Shown here: positions 25,363 to 39,385 of the stretch, piece after piece
Layout of the letters: each line of letters starts with the position of its first letter
How positions within the stretch are numbered: position 1 is the stretch's first letter
NCBI GenBank assembly: GCA_030248215.1
Contig: JASANG010003338.1
Location: 248,001 to 312,000 of the forward strand
Direction: 5' to 3'
From: Enoplolaimus lenunculus
Taxonomy: Eukaryota
DNA length: 64,000 nt
Made by a program: the position numbers and the translations under genes
The notes under the pieces: generated by a model
Databases searched by the model: none
What the model saw: only the letters and a program-made list of their open reading frames with translations
Told to the model about the DNA's origin: nothing

Positions 25363-26444
25363 AAGTGTTATAACAAAAGTACAAATAGAAATTTGCTACG
25401 ATAGTGTAGTAGTATTCTGCAACATTTTCATTTGTCCATTGTTCTGAGACAGCAAGCAACAATTTTTTACTAATGGAAACATGAAGATTAGTCAAGGTAT
25501 AAGATAAGTTTTCCTTACGTACAAATCTTTAAATGCTATGGATAAACTTATTAACCAGAGGGGCGGCATCTTTGTCCTTTATGCAGTTGCGGCCTCTGAA
25601 TTTGTTAATCACACACGATGCCTATTTATGAAAACCAAGAGTGTGATCATAGCGGCAATTTTACGCTGACTGAAGCCCTTTTTAAAAATGTAGAAAAAAC
25701 CCAATATATTTATTCGTAATACCATTAGTGGATGATTGCTTTTAACAAGAGTATGCAACTGGGTACATTCAGCGTTCAAAAGGATGTGCCCAGCGCACGT
25801 TTCGTATTTGGCCTACCACCCTTATTTAATGAATCACGTTTGCTTATTTGACAAAAACCAATGATAATTTGCTTTCAATTAAATGTTTCGCTTTTATAGT
25901 CTTGAGCAATTTTTGTGTTTTTCGCTACTCTATAAGTATTGAATTGATTGTGACAATCCCCCTGAATCAAGGGGGGTCGGTCTAAAACGCAACGCGCGGT
26001 GATACATTTTGTGCCATGGGGTTGCGCGTCAGTTACGCACTTTTCTACAAGGTGGACATAGGAACCACTCCTGGTGAAACCTATTGGCCGTTTATGGAAA
26101 ACTTGAGAAGAAAAATTACTGAGATGTTTTGTAGAAAATTTGTGTTGCCCATGCGCTTCGTACTGCAAATTGCAAATTACAAATTTCGCGTATAGTATAT
26201 TCTATACAGGAAAAAGTAAACTGCTCTTACGTCACGAACGCATTAACGCAGCTAACCCCTTTTGTCCTCCTTGAAGGGGCGCTCGGGCACAATAAAGGCT
26301 CCCAGCAGGACTGAACTGCCATACTGGAAGTTTAAAAATTGGCACCTTCGGTAAAGTGTATAATTTTATAACACAGAGAAACAGCTGTTAAGTAGGCTTC
26401 TAAAGTTGAAATTTTGAAACACAAACAACATTCTTCGCGATGTT

Positions 26445-26950
26445 AGTCTAGGTAGGAAACGAGATTTCAGACCTTTTGTACTAAGCAGCTGGAAAAGCGG
26501 ATTACGGGTGGTTTCGAACAAGCGACCTTTTGCGTGCCCGGCAGACGCTGTTACAGCTGTGCCACATAGCCCGCCTGGCCAACAGCTTATATCGTCGACT
26601 ATATGTCGACTGTATGCTGCCTGCAACGTGGACAGTCAAGGATACGAACTTGGTGAAAATTGGGGAATGTAATCGTCCGAGAAATGTTTGTCCTGGTGCA
26701 TATGTCGACCGGAAACCGTGTTCATAACGTGGTAGTTTACCATTGCGCTCACGCCGTAACCCCCTTGTCGGTCTAGATAGGAACCAGGACTTCAGACCTT
26801 TTCATTAAGCAGCTGAAAAAGCCGCTGACGGGTGGTTTCGAACTAGTGACTTACGGATTTTCCAGCAAGCGCTCTACCAATCCGCCACGTAGCCCACATC
26901 TTCAACTACGTTTATTGTCAACTATATATGCGACCGTATGTTGCTGGCAA
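26445..26950 (-). repeat. Two diverged tandem copies (~325 bp apart) of a ~180 bp unit containing a tRNA-like A/B-box cassette
   Basis: Minus strand GGGCTAYGTGGC...GTTCGAAACCACCCGT in both copies, with shared flanks on both sides. Confidence 0.7.
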
Positions 26951-27092
26951 GCATACTACACGATGTGCATTGCATATATTGCATATGCACCAGGACAAGC
27001 ATGTCTCAAATGCTTACACGCGATATAACATTTTCGAATCAAACCGAGTCTTGGAACCACAGTTTTTGGAGGCAAGCTTAGTTACCCAAAGC

Positions 27093-27250
27093 CAGGCCCA
27101 TAGTCAGCTCACCTTGCTAGGCGGGCTAAAATTTTTCAAAAGGGGTATACAAGGGTTTTCGATGACTTACATGCAAGTTTAAAACTTTCAAGGGGGCCAA
27201 ATTTTTCCCGGCGGCTGAACCCCGCTGCCCCCACCTTGGCTACGGGCCCG
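27093..27250 (+). mobile_element. Short hAT-like MITE (CAGGCCCGTAGCCA...TGGCTACGGGCC)
   Basis: Inverted termini. Diverged copies at ~22871, ~45640-45780, ~56595-56760 and ~59814-59955. TSD not seen. Confidence 0.7.
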
Positions 27251-29155
27251 AATGAACCACAGCACGGTACAAATGCACACGCCGCTTCGTATTATACAAC
27301 GTCTATCCCCCAAATGAAACCTAACAAGTGCGGAAGCGGAATATGCATAGTCGATCACACAAGACTAAAATATTACAATACAATCATTACGCAAGCAACT
27401 TTTATAAACGCAAGAATAATGAAAGGTTTCAAGTCGCTGTTAACAGAAAACTCACACCCGATTAATGATAAGTTTTATATAAAGAATGCAAGTTGTTGCA
27501 AAAATTGTTCAAATTAAGCAATTGTTTTCACTATAAAAATCATTATTTTCAAATTGGCTAAAATGTTGTAAAATCAGGCAAAAATTCTCGATAATGCAAC
27601 ATAAGAATGCAATGGCAGCGGTCAAAGTGGCCGGGGGTCACGTTTTTCTTAATTCAGCGCCTTTTCCGTTGAATTAAAAAAGTTTTTAAAATCTATAACG
27701 GTGTAAAATTGTGAACCAAAACTGAATTTTGACGTTCATTTCTCTATTATCTGAAGCGTAATAAGATATGCTGGCACGGTAAACTGGTTTAATTAGTGAA
27801 GGTTATAGATAACATGCACTTATATATAAATGACAAAAACTAGGGTTTTGACTGCAGTAGGCATCAATTTTATTTTGCCGGCTTTGCTTAAGAAATTAAT
27901 CCAGCATCTGCCTTCGTAGAAAAACAATAATTTAGAATCAAACCAAAAATACCATTTTTCATACTAACGCTATGTTTTAAGCAAGCACTAAAATATATAC
28001 ATATAGGTCAGATAAAGCTTACCTATGGTTAGAAGTGTTAGCCTTGTCTGTGAACTTATTAAGACTTGGCAACGCTTAACATTACAGTGTCTTCGGTCAG
28101 TATAAATAGCAACGTGTGAACAATTTTTTCTAGGGGGTCTATTGGAACACAGCAGTTGACATTTGAGCTAGTTCAGTAAAGGAGTTCGACCTTAAGTAGA
28201 CAACCAAGAGTCAAATTTAAAATGAAGCCAATTTTTAAAAACCCTGGCGAGTGAAGCGAGCAAGCAGCCAGCGCATTTTTTATGAAATCGTTTAAATTCC
28301 AACAAATAATTTTAGTTTTTGGTGGGTTTTATTTAGGGTCGCGTTTCTACGAATGTCAACCGCCGCCCCGGACATTACTTTTTTTCGCGTAGATTTGTTC
28401 GTTTCAATGAAAGTTTGAGCCCTCATATAAACTATTTAAACGGTTTCAGGGTTGTTGCTCGCGTTGGAAATGTGATGTCTGTTTGACCATAATATCATGC
28501 GTATATGACCCCGTCCTAGATAGATAGACTCTTTGTATACACGAGAGATACAGGTGTTTTACAAAATTCAAACTCATAAAAATAATGAAAAATGTGTCTA
28601 ATTGAAACCCGAACAGTTTTCTGTTTGGTTCTCTTTTACAGGCCATGCGTGTTCGCTTGGTTTTAGCATACAAACAAACTCTAAATTGTACCTAAATCAG
28701 TGCACGACGGTCACGTAAAATAGATTATAATGCGTGTTCGAAAGGTTTGTCTTGAGAACAAAAGCTTTAAACAGGTCATTTGTCGAGAAATGGCAAAACT
28801 TGTTGCCGCATTGAGGTTTAACCGTCATTTCAAGGAAGCAGAGTTGGCTGACGAAGAACTGTTTGTCGAAAATACATTTTGTAATAAGTTGCTGTAAACG
28901 TCTATGTGTTTATTTTCTGGACAGTGGAGAAACTGGCATCGACGGTGGCTGGCAAAGAACAAAACGACGGCTCTTGACCACTTCTGCCAACATTTAAAGT
29001 TAAGAATTAGGCTTAGACTTAAGTCTGATTTACTGAGCTTAAGCCTTTGCCTATTAAGTATAAGCCTATCGGCGCAGCGGGCAAGAACCAAAACGGGCTA
29101 AATGCTGGTTCATAAAATAAAATACGTAACCGGGAACAATGTTGTAATATATAAT

Positions 29156-29458
29156 GGCTGAGTTTCCAAAACCTTACTTAAGTACAACTTAGTACTTAGG
29201 TACGTACTAAGGAACTACTTAACCATTTTGTCGTTTTGAACAGCGTACTAAGTAAATCTTAAATCACTGACTAAATTTGATCGCGTACAAATTTACCATT
29301 TCAAACGTACAAACCTTGGTCACATTGAAATTGTAGACTATTGGCCCGTCCTCAATATAAAACGAAACTACCACTTTCTTGTTATGAAACCGCGACTTAA
29401 GTAATTACTTAAGTATAACTTAAAGTAAATACTTAAGTAAGATTTCAGAAACCCAGCC
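29156..29458. mobile_element. Harbinger/PIF-like palindromic MITE with ACTTAAGT repeats
   Basis: TIR GGCTGAGTTTCCAAAACCTTACTTAAGTA / TACTTAAGTAAGATTTCAGAAACCCAGCC, 3-bp TSD AAT. Confidence 0.85.
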
Positions 29459-31007
29459 AATGTTAATTAAAGATTCGGGATCGACCCCTCTGGAATTGCA
29501 TCAGGATATGCCACGGTTGGAGCAAGGTTAAACACTCGAACATCTGTCTGGAACAGCTCACAATAGAAACCTTATTCTGTTAAATTCTGTTGATTTAAAA
29601 ATTAACTAAACTGCGCTCTTTAAACAGTTCGTTTCTAAGCTAGCGTCTCGTTATGCATAAGGGCATGAACATTCATTGCCATGCTTGCTACGGCAGATCC
29701 TTTTGCGTATTTTGAACTGAACGCTTCAAACGGCAGGCGAGCAATCGAACCGCAAATTTATGCAGAATTTCTCATTTACAAGCAAAAATACAATTACCTT
29801 GAAGCTTCGATAGAATGATTGTAATAGAGCCGTCGCCGGCAATTATAGGTTAATGCGAAACATTTCAAAATGATTTGTGTACACACAAGCTAGAAAATTT
29901 CATACAGTTATGTATAAATTAATTTCGGAATTATCTTGAAAGCTTTTACGCATTTTTTGATGCAATCGAAATAGTTGCGTTTTTCATATACGTATCAGCC
30001 GTATTAATGGTGTGAATGTTGACGACGACCATCCCCCGCTAAGTTCCGCATGCATTTGCTAAGTTCCGCATGCATTTGCTATAAAGGAAGAGGTAGATTG
30101 AACTGAGAAATTTGCAGCTGCAGTCACTTCAATTAAAATGTTCTGCACTGGGCAACACTTGTCCATCTGAACGCAACATTTTGTCGATAACCATGCCTGA
30201 AGACATAAACTTAAAGCCCTAAAACACCATACCTAACACAAAGCTGCTCAAATTTTGAAAACCAACCGACCCACAACATCTTAACTTGTGTCACAATTGG
30301 CATGAAACCAAAATAATTTTCCAGTATAAATCGGTAGTTCGCAACGCATGCACACCATTAACTATACGCAACTTTTTCCATCCACCAACAAACAGTTTCC
30401 TTGTTGAGCTTGCATACGAAGAACCCATGAAAATTAACTCAATTACCGTTCAAACTAAAAGTTTGCTTATTTTCAACTGCATCTTTGAAAACGCCAGTAT
30501 AAAGTATAATGTGAAACAGCGGCCGTCCACGGGCACAGAAACTACTAATATTACAAATGATACAAGTTTCATTTTTGTTTGTATGGTTAAATTAGACTTC
30601 AGCTAGCATTAGATTCACACGGTTTTCTAAACTTGTAGAGGCTGTTGTAAACTTCCTTCTACAAGCTTACGCCTAAGACTGAGACTGAGCATAAAGTCTT
30701 TAAGCGTAACCTTACTTTGTCTCCTTCCTTAAGTTATGCCAAAATCTGAAAATTGTCAAAAACTATGCGTTAATGTGTATGATAGGCCGTGTAGGTATCG
30801 TACAAAATTTTTCGCATTAAGATAAATGAAAACTCACGCAACATTCGAATAAAGAACATTTAAATCGATCAAAAGACAAACGCCGAATGCAAATCAGAAA
30901 TGAAAAACATGTTAAAAATCACTGTCAGTTTAATAGTTGATTTAATATTTCACTGTAAATTCCAAAAAGTTGTTGAGTTGGTCAGTTTAAAAGTTGATTT
31001 AATATTT

Positions 31008-31210
31008 CACTGTAAATTCCAAAAATTTCATTATTCAACTCAACTAGCGAATTAGTTATTCATGAGTTGATATCAACAAACATTTACTCACTTTGAGTAG
31101 AGTTGACTCTCACTCTGAGATTCTGGGTGAGTTGATTAACTAACTCAGAACGAGTTGATCAACTTAGAATTCTGAGTTAATATGAAAGTTGTAATTCGGA
31201 CTTTAGAGTG
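31008..31210. mobile_element. CACT-terminal MITE (EnSpm/CACTA-like) with GAGTT/AACTC repeats
   Basis: CACTGTAAATTCC ... GGACTTTAGAGTG with TT on both flanks; left end duplicated at 30951. Confidence 0.6.
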
Positions 31211-34200
31211 TTTGAACGCATTTTGAATTAAAATCAGCTCAGTGTAATTTACAATGTTCCTTACTGCCCGAACGTTCAAACAAATTGTATCATATGGTCA
31301 GATAGGACCAAGTTTTCAAACAGGAAAAACAGAAAGCTGTCGTGTAAACGTTACTCAAAGTTTGGCTTATATACTTAACGGAAAAATAAAATATATGTTA
31401 TCGAAACCCTTTCAAATAACATTCTGGATCCTTGAGATAAAAAAATTGCTCACCCACTACCACCCATTCGAAATGAGATATACTGGTTATTGGCATGGTT
31501 CTAATGCGTCTATTTTTAGTAGAACCACAGTAATTTATACTTTTTGACAGTTAAAATTAATAATTTCTGAAACTTTCAAAACACATTTTGCCAACAGTGA
31601 TATAAAAATCGGGACCGCAGCCAAAAGGGGGCCCAGGACAAATCTCACCACTGTAGCAAACCTTGAACCGCTAGAAAGGTTAAATCCCCTGTTGAATTAT
31701 CTGAGACCTCCGTTTATGGCCATTATAAGCAGGCATTGCACCCATAACGATTTGAGCTGGCTACGTGACTGATATGCATGCAACCCGCATTCTAACGTAC
31801 AGCCTCTAGAGAGTAAAAGCACCCGAGTTTATTGCGTCTTTACTCTTTAGTAATGAGAATCAGCAAATAAAACATATAACGTTGCTATTGAACCACTGTG
31901 CATATATAACCTTAAAATAGTTTCAAATCTAGAAAAACTGAATCCCTGTAGTGAATATTATATCTGGCTCAAATAACGGCAAATGTTTGCCGTTCCAGCT
32001 GCTATAAAAGCTGGAAATATATCTATGGTTTGAGTTTACTTACGTGTTGGTATTGGACAAAAATTAATTTTACTACTCATCCAGCAACAACAAGGGGACC
32101 CATGGGGTTTAGCCTTTTCAAGTAAAATATGGGCTTTTGTAGAATAGTTTTAACGGTGCAAACTGCTTGACGACAAAATCCGTGCTGCTATAAAAGTTAA
32201 ATTTTGAAATACCCTAGGATAATCAAGAGCGCAGTGAAGCTGTGACTCTATTAATTATTGTACATATACGTACGAATACGTGTAATTCGTTATGAAGAAA
32301 AATATAATTTAACCGAAATGGTTTAAAAAGTTCCTTTAAACACAAAGCAAAACGCCTGGATCAAAGAACGTTTTTGTTATAATTTATGTATTCGTTTTGT
32401 CGACAAATCTGTCGTCATATTTTGCCTTCTGACAAAGGAAAATCAAAAGAAACTTATAGTCGCACAAGTCTAGACAAAACTACACTAAAAATTTTAATTC
32501 TATTTGTTGTACAAGTGATGCACAAGGGTTTAAAACTGTAAAAAAACACGCCTGGTGTTGTCTGCAGGTCAACAAAGTTTCCGTTTAATATGCATGTACC
32601 GGATATATCAACCAGATTTTTATGGGTTTTTTCCAAGGGACTCAACAAGGCTGCACCAAGGAATAGGTCGATGAATTTTTCAACCATAGAGAGCAAAAAA
32701 TGACCACAGCACCAGGCACATCTCATTCGCATTCTTGGTAATTGTGGCATTGTTCCGACTGAGTACTCTTCCCTCATACTTTAATCAATACATACAAAGC
32801 TTTATTTCGTCTTATCGCAAAGAATGCAGTAGAACAGTGTGGTTTCCGACACATACATCCTAAACAGACCGAAATATCATTTTGATCTGAGCCGTGAATT
32901 ATTTAAAAACAGCATCGGCCAAAACTGTAATCCAGACTGTCAATTGCTTCACGGGTTGTGCTTTCGAAGCTTATAAATAATAAATAATAAAAGGACAAAA
33001 CCATCACAATTTATACCGGATACAAAACAATTGCCGCCAATATTTTAGTATCAGGCTGACCTATAAATTGGCAAGCAAGCGCGATAAAAACAAAACGCTG
33101 AAAATAACTCTTATCGGTATGTTTTTCGGGACACTGTTCTTGTTTAGAATATTGTGATTTTATATAACAAGTCGCTAGGGTCAAAATTGTGCTTGACTCC
33201 GGCGGAAAGTTCAAAAGTTTTCATTTAATTTGCAGTATGTTTTATAATTTAGACTTTTTACCGTTTACTCGGGCGTCGCAAACATTTCATTATTTGAAAA
33301 CTGCAAACTGAATCGAATGATCGAAAATTGTTAAATGTGTGTCAGATTCGCGGCATGTCTTAGAAATTTTTTGGCTCAAACCACTAATTATCAGCCTATG
33401 TTGAACAGTTTGCCTCGTAAAAGTTTTAATACTCAAGCCTAGATGTGAGATGCGAGCTGCACTTGGCTTAGATTTTTAACTTCAAGGTAGTTTTAAGACC
33501 CGTCTAGCCAGCTGGGGAAAAAAGACACATGATATGTGCAGAAATCGTGGTGTGTACAGTACAAAAATAGCTATAATTAACCATTTTTGCGTACTCAAAG
33601 AGCACTTACATACCGAAATACAGAAACATTTTACCTGCAATATTGACATAATCAGTTTCGCAAAAAGCAGCGTTGTTTTTTTAGACTTACGCGTGCGTGA
33701 AACGAAAACGAACATGTTTTTTCGTAGCTTTTTGCCATTGAACTTTAGCACAGCCAAGCCGTAATTAAGCGAACGTTTAGCGGTTGAACAGTGGTTATGA
33801 ACCCGCAGGTTTGAGTATACAAAAATCTCTGGTTCTGCCGTTGTTCACATTTTTGTAACTTCTAGACTGCTGTTTCGATTCAATACTTTTAAACAGCTAT
33901 AATCAGTGTCGCGGCTACCACCCACCGCAAACTAATCACGTTTTCGCAACTAAACTAATGCTTTAAGAAGCTCGGATATCTTTGCCGCGGATTCGCTGAG
34001 AAACAACTGTCACTTGCTTAGCAAAATGGTTTCAATGAAACGACCGTTTTAGGGACAGCAGTATTTCTATACGCATATAATAGTTGAATTCTAGGCATAG
34101 CCTAAACGTAAGCCAACGCCTATGCCTAAGTATAAATCTCAGTTAAGATAGAATTTGAAAAATTCGAAAACTGGAGGGAAGAACATAAGAGCAGAAAATT

Positions 34201-35301
34201 TCATGAAAATTTTTCTTGCGAGTTGCCATTTTGCTAGCAAGGCCACGTGGTAAGAATTTTCAACCCCACTCCACTACCTCCAGGATCTGGACGCGCTGGC
34301 AGGCCTGTAGGCTGTGATTTTCATGTGTAAAACACTGACCATCTGAGTATTAAACAGTACGAGTCCTGAACAAAATATTGACCCAGAGAAAATATATATT
34401 TATCCAAAATGTGTAGGGCCCGAAATAAAGAACCAGCTTCCTACAAAGGATGAGAGTCCCAGACGTTTTGCTTCATCTGCGCCCTATGCACTACTTGATA
34501 GAAATGTTGCGAACTCTTCAACTTGCATTACTGTGATCTAAAAAAATGCTTATACAAGAAGCCTAATAAAGCTTGATAATTGACTCAGCTTATCATGAGA
34601 AACAATCTCGTGTATAAATTTAGGTATAGCATTCTCTGTACCAAAGTGTATATGCTACAAAAGGTGTAACCCCCACGGCGGGGTTCGTTCCGGCTCTCAC
34701 TCGCGAACATTTTCCACGTGGACTGTTTCAAAAATTTGCGGATCCGACACTGCACACCGATCATAATATGGTATTCAAAACCAGCTGACAACACTTATCT
34801 ACGACTGTACATTGTATATGTCTATCATAAGCGCTCGTACAGTCAAATTTATACCAAAAATGGTTCATAAATCATGCAATACGACCATAATTGATAATCT
34901 AGGATGAAAATAAAAAAATTGTTTAAATTCAATATGCAACACGAAAAAGTAAGTTAAAACTTTCAAACTCAGTGAAATGACAGAAACAAGGTAACATTAA
35001 TATTTTTAGATTCGTATATATGTCGTAGCCCAAGTTGTGATTCAGCCCAATTCCGAATTGGGCTAGTCCAAAGCGGACTATCGGTTTAGAGGTCTTTAAA
35101 TTGGCAAATACATCCGCGTGTTTAAAATTAAAGACGCTAAGTTACCTGTAACAGTTGTATGAAAGTATAGAAACTTCCTTTTCGTCGCAATTTTTGCAAA
35201 CATTCCAATAATACAGTCGTCCGCGAAGGGTTAAAAATTGTAAACGTAATGTGGGTGACAAATATTGGTGGTTAGCTCAAAAATATGTTTTGATCAAATA
35301 C

Positions 35302-35379
35302 CTCACTTGGCGCATTGCTTGCGATTTGGGACGGCGCCGTATCACTTAATAGATCATACCTCGTTAGGCGAACGTCTGA
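35302..35379 (-). CDS. Possible 26-codon cassette exon (SDVRLTRYDLLSDTAPSQIASNAPSE)
   Basis: Acceptor ttttctgcag, donor GAG|GTATTT, phase 0-0, open frame. No homology support. Confidence 0.35.
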
Positions 35380-35763
35380 CTGCAGAAAAGTTACCACCGT
35401 TCGATTCAGCTTCGTGAGCTATGTAGAATGCTATATCACTTGTTTAACTTTTTGACAAAAATTCTTGGGTCCAAAGCGGCGATTGTGATTGGACCACATG
35501 TGGGCGAACGGCGGTTGGAGATAACGAAAAATACTGCATATAATTTGCGCAAACCCCACATCTCGCTTGCCCAAATTTGTAATATCAAAAGCGTATAATT
35601 CGAGGCTCGGTTCCACTGCAAAACTTTTGACCCCTAGAAAAGTTTGGACCTTGCTTGCTGGTCAACAAAAGCCCTTGTCTGCCCCTCCTGAAAATTTTTT
35701 AGCCCCCCCCCAAACAAGGTGCTCTGGCTACGAGCCTGGTTACTTCACAGTTGCCAAACTTAC

Positions 35764-35891
35764 CAAAGATTTTTGACTTTCCTTTCGCCCAAGGAATGCA
35801 CCTCTACCATCAATAGATGCATCGAATCGGGAATCGCGTTCTGTTGCATTACAGGATGCCAAACCTGACAATACTGAGCTTGTGTCGGATC
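35764..35891 (-). CDS. PLEKHG5: Exon (GSDTSSVLSG...GRKESQKSL)
   Basis: Acceptor tttttattctag, consensus donor TTG|GTAAGT. Phase 1 in, phase 0 out, which bridges the RBD exon to exon 22810. Confidence 0.75.
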
Positions 35892-37802
35892 CTAGAATAA
35901 AAATCAATAGCTTCGTTAACAGCAACTCATTTTGTTATCTGTTTCTCAAAATTAAGAATATGCAACAAAAGTATGTTGAACAAATTTTAGCATAGCTTGC
36001 ATATACTGATTTTTGAATTTCGGGGGTAAACTGCAGGTATTGCAGCTTGTTGAATAAGTTTTGCGATCTATTGCGTCCGGTTGGGTAGATAATTCTGAGA
36101 AATTCGAAGTTTTAACCTCTTGGACCATTAAAGTTACAAAATTTTTAAAACTTTCGAGATTTTACGCGTATACAAAACAGTAATAATTACTTGACGTAAA
36201 ATCTAAAATAGCACAATTAGGAACTTGTTTTATCATAGTACCTGACGAATCATATGTTTCTGCAATGAAACTAACTGGCTCTCTTTTGTAGCTGCAATCG
36301 GTTAAAAAGCAAGAGTCTATAGTGATTCACAAAAGTGTGCAAATCACTACAATTACATTCTGTGTAGAAGAGAACGTACCCAGTTGCACGTTGCGTATAC
36401 AGCCTACCCCCCTCCTTATTGAGAGGTAACTACTACTTGTGCGAACCATGGCACTGTACGTATACTGCATCAGAAATGCTCCACTTATAGTTTAAATTGG
36501 GTATATTGCATGTGATAGCGAACACGCCACCCCTCCAAATAATGAGAAGTCGGTCAAAAACGCAACGCATGGTGGTACATTTTATACCATGCGGAACCTC
36601 AAGAACTGCATACTCTTATATGATGCACTCTTGGTAAAATCAAGTGCGAATGATGCATATTTTAACCAGAGTGTGCAACTGGGTACATTCTGTGTAGAAA
36701 AGAATGTACCCGCGTTGCGTTTCATTTGCCCGCTCTTCTATGACTATTTCTGGTGGCCATCACAATATGGCAAGATTGGGCTTCTGTAGATACGATGTGT
36801 TAATATTCAACTACTGCGAACAAAGAAATAGCGCATGATAACAAAAAACATAACCAAATAATGCGTATATCGTGTAGAATATACGTCCGGCATGAGAAAC
36901 CTTTTTTGCCAAATGTTCCTGCGATATCCTAATTTTTATTTTGTTAGCCAGAAAGCTAAACTGTGCAGATTTTGTTTCAAAGTTTCAACCAAAATCCAAT
37001 TCTGTGATATGCTTTCACTTAAACAAACCAACAGCCGCACTGCACGCAAGAATGAATGTCAATTAATTTCATTTCCTTTATCACTATTAAATTCTTCTAG
37101 CGTTCAGATGAGAGTATTATCGCGCTACTCCGAACCCAAAATCATTTCCCTTTGAATAATCCATGGCTCGCCAGGGTTTTTTATGTAAATTTACGTGTTA
37201 TGATAGACGCTTGCTTAACCCTTCCCGCATTAATATTTTCTTAAGTCGTGATCCTAACCTAAAAATCTCAAATAGGAGACGTTTACCCAAGAGCCGCGGC
37301 TAAAGATGGGTCTCCTCTTGAAAAGTATCAACCATGAGCACAGCAGTAAAAAATAATAGCGAACGAGAAACCAAATAAGCTTGAATAACGAACGGAATGC
37401 TAAATCTGAATTACACCAAAAGTTAAAAATTTCATGACATCGCATCGTGGAAAGGTTTTGCTGGTTGTGCCCAAATGGCCGATAGCCCTAGCAATCTACG
37501 AAAATTCGTCGCCTGACAACTTATCGCTCAGCAGTCTGCTAAACCTATGAATATTTCTAGGCATAATTCTAAGCGTAATCCTGAGCCTAAGCCTAAACAA
37601 AAGCATAATAATAAGCGACGAATTGTCGAGTGAATAAAATTTCGGGTTGCAAGTTGTCGAACGACAAGCTGTCAAGCGATGAGTTGTCGTGATTCCTCCC
37701 AAGAAGGTAGGCGTTAAACAATGCGGATTGCTGCGTGCGCACACAGTTTACACTAAGCAGCTCACAGTATGCGCTATGCGGTAAAGAATTGATGCCACAA
37801 AC

Positions 37803-38321
37803 CATCAACCAAACTGCACGGTCCAATCGATGACGTTACCGACAGCGAATCCCAGTTGATTCCACGGACTTTCTCGCCGTCAAGTTGTAACCGTGGCAGT
37901 TGCGTATACTGTGTTAATGTCGCTGTTGACGATGCATCGTCACTGTTATTATCCAAGCTGAATACATCGTTCAAACCACCATTCACTGCTGATTTGAGGA
38001 CTCGATTCAAATTGAAATGTTTCAAATTTGATAAACTGAAATTTTTTGACGGCAGCGTTAACGACGTACTGGTGGCGCAACGTGTTAATTGTTGATATGT
38101 TTCAATGCTGGCTGCATTGGAACTAAGTTTGGCCGATGATTTACGGCGAATTTGCACAGAAGCCGACGGAATATCGGAGTGGTTCAAGTTCGAACTCGAC
38201 TGATTTAGTACCCGGTTGTCAAGCGTTAACGAACGAACTTCAGTTGAAACCAATGACCGGTAAGATAGTGTGCGGATTGAGCTCTTAGAGTCACGTTTAC
38301 GTAATTTACTTAGAGTCATTT
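37803..38321 (-). CDS. PLEKHG5: Large Ser-rich exon (MTLSKLRKRDSKSS...CSLVD); symmetric phase 1-1 cassette or alternative first exon
   Basis: 181 aa ORF. Acceptor ttttcgctag 2 nt before the ATG, donor ATG|GTTTGT. 519 nt preserves frame between 49276 and 35891. An alternative phase-0 donor TCG|GTAACG lies at 37840. Confidence 0.65.
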
Positions 38322-38614
38322 CTAGCGAAAATGATTCAGCATTTTAACGAAGGATTACTAGTTGGCGGTACATTGCGTGGTTTGTTGTTTAATACAGTAA
38401 ATATCATATAATTGAGCTAAAGTGTTAACAATCACATCTAAAGTTTCAGCAAGAAAAGCTTAATAATTATCGTATATAACGGCTTAAACTAAATCATTTT
38501 AACGCAAGCGAACTACAGGATAGATGCTATACTGAAATATTTGTTAATTGCAATATTTGTAAAACACTGTGCTATTTCAGTTATCGGTACATTACACAAT
38601 TCTCATTTTTGTAA

Positions 38615-38785
38615 GGGTTGCGCTATACTTTTGTTGACGTGTGGCACCGTAGGGTGCCGTCCGCCACCGCGTAGCGCTGTCCGTCACAGTCAGTCACCAA
38701 CGTATTGTGACCGATGGTGACGGACGGCGTCACACGGATGACGCACGGTGACGGACGGCGTTGGACGTTAAGTATAGCGCAGCCC
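38615..38785. mobile_element. GC-rich MITE with GACGG/CCGTC repeats (TIR GGGTTGCGCTATACT)
   Basis: 15-bp TIR preceded by TAA (Harbinger-like). Relatives at 48927-49137, ~17702-17920 and ~47495-47612. Confidence 0.85.
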
Positions 38786-39385
38786 AAACTATATAAAATG
38801 TGTAAATTTGCAATTAATAACACCTGTGAAGCCGAGCGTAGTATCAATGGCGAAAAAAAGTAAATTTAAGTAAACTTATCAACCAAAATGTTTTCTAGTA
38901 CTGCTCAAATCAAATTCTTTTGTCTTCGCTATGCCTTAACTGTGTCCCTTGTTTATGTTGGCAAATTAGACAATCTCGTGTTTTTAACGAGCCATCGTTT
39001 CACGATTCAAGATACCCAGGCGCATTCAAGATTTTGGAAGAAAGAGGTTACGCCGTTACATTCTATGAAAATTTTGAAGGAATTTCTTGTGCGACCAACT
39101 GAAAAAGTTGCTAAATCCTCGATACAATAATGAAAAACGAAAGTTCGACCCCTTAAACCTTGGAACGACACCCCGTCAGGACAGCAGCGAATCCAGAAAT
39201 GTATGATTGCGAGGCGAGCTACCATAAGTTATGAAACGCAATTTTTACTGTATGCTATATGTGCCAATTTTCTTAAGGCAAAAATTGTAAGATAGTAACC
39301 TTACTACTAAAAGCTTTCTATACGCCTACTCGATCAGCTAGTGTGTTAGGCTGCACCTTTACTGGTTTGTAAAAAAACAAATATA

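Noticed and set aside
28825..28985. Exon-like stretch on the minus strand
   Set aside because: Stops occur in all three frames after the candidate acceptor, before any good donor.
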